From: Marsupella aquatica
Taxonomy: Eukaryota; Plantae; Marchantiophyta
NCBI GenBank assembly: GCA_973895155.1
Contig: OZ316895.1
Location: forward strand, 10,156,184-10,220,183
Length of the DNA stretch: 64,000 nt
Direction of reading: 5' to 3'
A program made the translations under genes and the position numbers. The number at the start of each line of letters is the position of its first letter. The first letter of the stretch is position 1. Shown here piece by piece: positions 62,956-64,000 of this stretch. The notes below the pieces were generated by a model, which saw only the letters and a list, made by a program, of their open reading frames with translations, was not told the origin of the DNA and did no database searches.

Positions 62956-64000
62956 GTGAGAATGATGACTGATGGCTTACTCCTCCGTTTCCTTTCTCTA
63001 GCTATTCTACACTGCATTATTGCATCTCAATTTCCTTTCTGTGTCGCATTATTGTTGCCACGTCTGTGAAAAGTTTTTTCTCTGTTGATAGAATAATGTT
63101 GATGGCGATCCCATCGGCATTCTGTCTTTGGCTCTCCATTCTCTTATCCTTGAGGAGGAGTGTTCCGAGGAGGCCTCGGTTTCTCTCCCAATCTGCTGCC
63201 CATGCTTGTTGGCATGATTCTGTGTGGTGTGCAAAGAGATGACATCTGTCTGCCCGTACGCCCTCGCATTCCCCGTGGACTTTGAGAACAATCTGTATCT
63301 CTGTGCGGGGTTCCTCGTTAATCTCTCAATTTCACTGCAAGCTTTTTGTCGTTGGCGACTCTTGACGACTCAAGGAAGTGTGCGTTCGTTATCGGTCGCC
63401 TAGTGCATTTGGGTTGTCCGAGGACATTGAACTTACTTTCTTCATTTGTCCACTTACTATCCTTCAATCCCGGCAAGACCCTGGTGCTCTTGCATTTCGG
63501 CTCTAGCAAGTCTTACAATGTTGACAGGCCTACGGTCCTTTGTTCGAGGCCATATGGACTTGAGTCGTCACGCGTTTTTCTCTTCCCCAAAACGCGTTAG
63601 TATCGTTCTTTTCAATCGAGATCACTTCACCTCAAAGTAGTCCCAACAAAATCAAAGTAGTCCCAACAAAATACTTATCAAAAAGTTTTGAGACTGATCA
63701 AAATGATTCTGCTGCTCGCTAATTGAGCTTCCATTGCCATCGGCGTGCTCTCTTTCATGTGTATTTTCATGGCTATAGTTCGTCTCCGTGTGCTCAGATT
63801 ACGCTCATTCGCCGCCCCTCTCTTTCTGCATTTGTGAGCAATAGCACCTCGAATTCATGTTTGCTTCAACGGGATTTTTTCACCTCACTAAATTTGGCGA
63901 TATGGTTCCTGGTTGTGATTCCGGATATGCTACAGATGAATAGAGTCACATTCATTTACCAACCGTTTTGCTCTCTAGATCTTCAGTCGGCGGTGGTCTC

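Overview
Eukaryotic, intron-rich land-plant DNA. The H3.1-type histone carries Tyr41, which points to a non-vascular (bryophyte-like) host, but that is an inference. Main content: (1) An apparently intact 5.5-kb PIF/Harbinger-superfamily transposon at 6111-11657, with 17-bp TIRs and an AAT target duplication (Pangu-like). Besides the expected Myb/SANT-like ORF and DDE transposase, it carries a third intact ORF resembling the RPA70 C-terminal OB-fold/zinc-ribbon domain. (2) A 16-exon minus-strand gene at 13242-23910 for a secreted ~1365-aa LRR protein. Its LRR array is split by a ~1050-aa uncharged Pro-rich insert with ~60 N-W-[S/T] glycosylation sequons and SPPPP motifs. (3) Histone H3. (4) Two GDSL-family genes, one lacking the catalytic Ser. 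(5) An intronless AA12/sorbosone-dehydrogenase-like PQQ-dependent oxidoreductase. (6) Many TE remnants: a hairpin-repeat element ending in CACAGTG, a MITE, Helitron 3' ends, a CRE-like non-LTR fragment, tRNA-derived heads and fold-back palindromes. Exon structures were reconstructed by hand from GT/AG sites and reading-frame phase; no database search was run.
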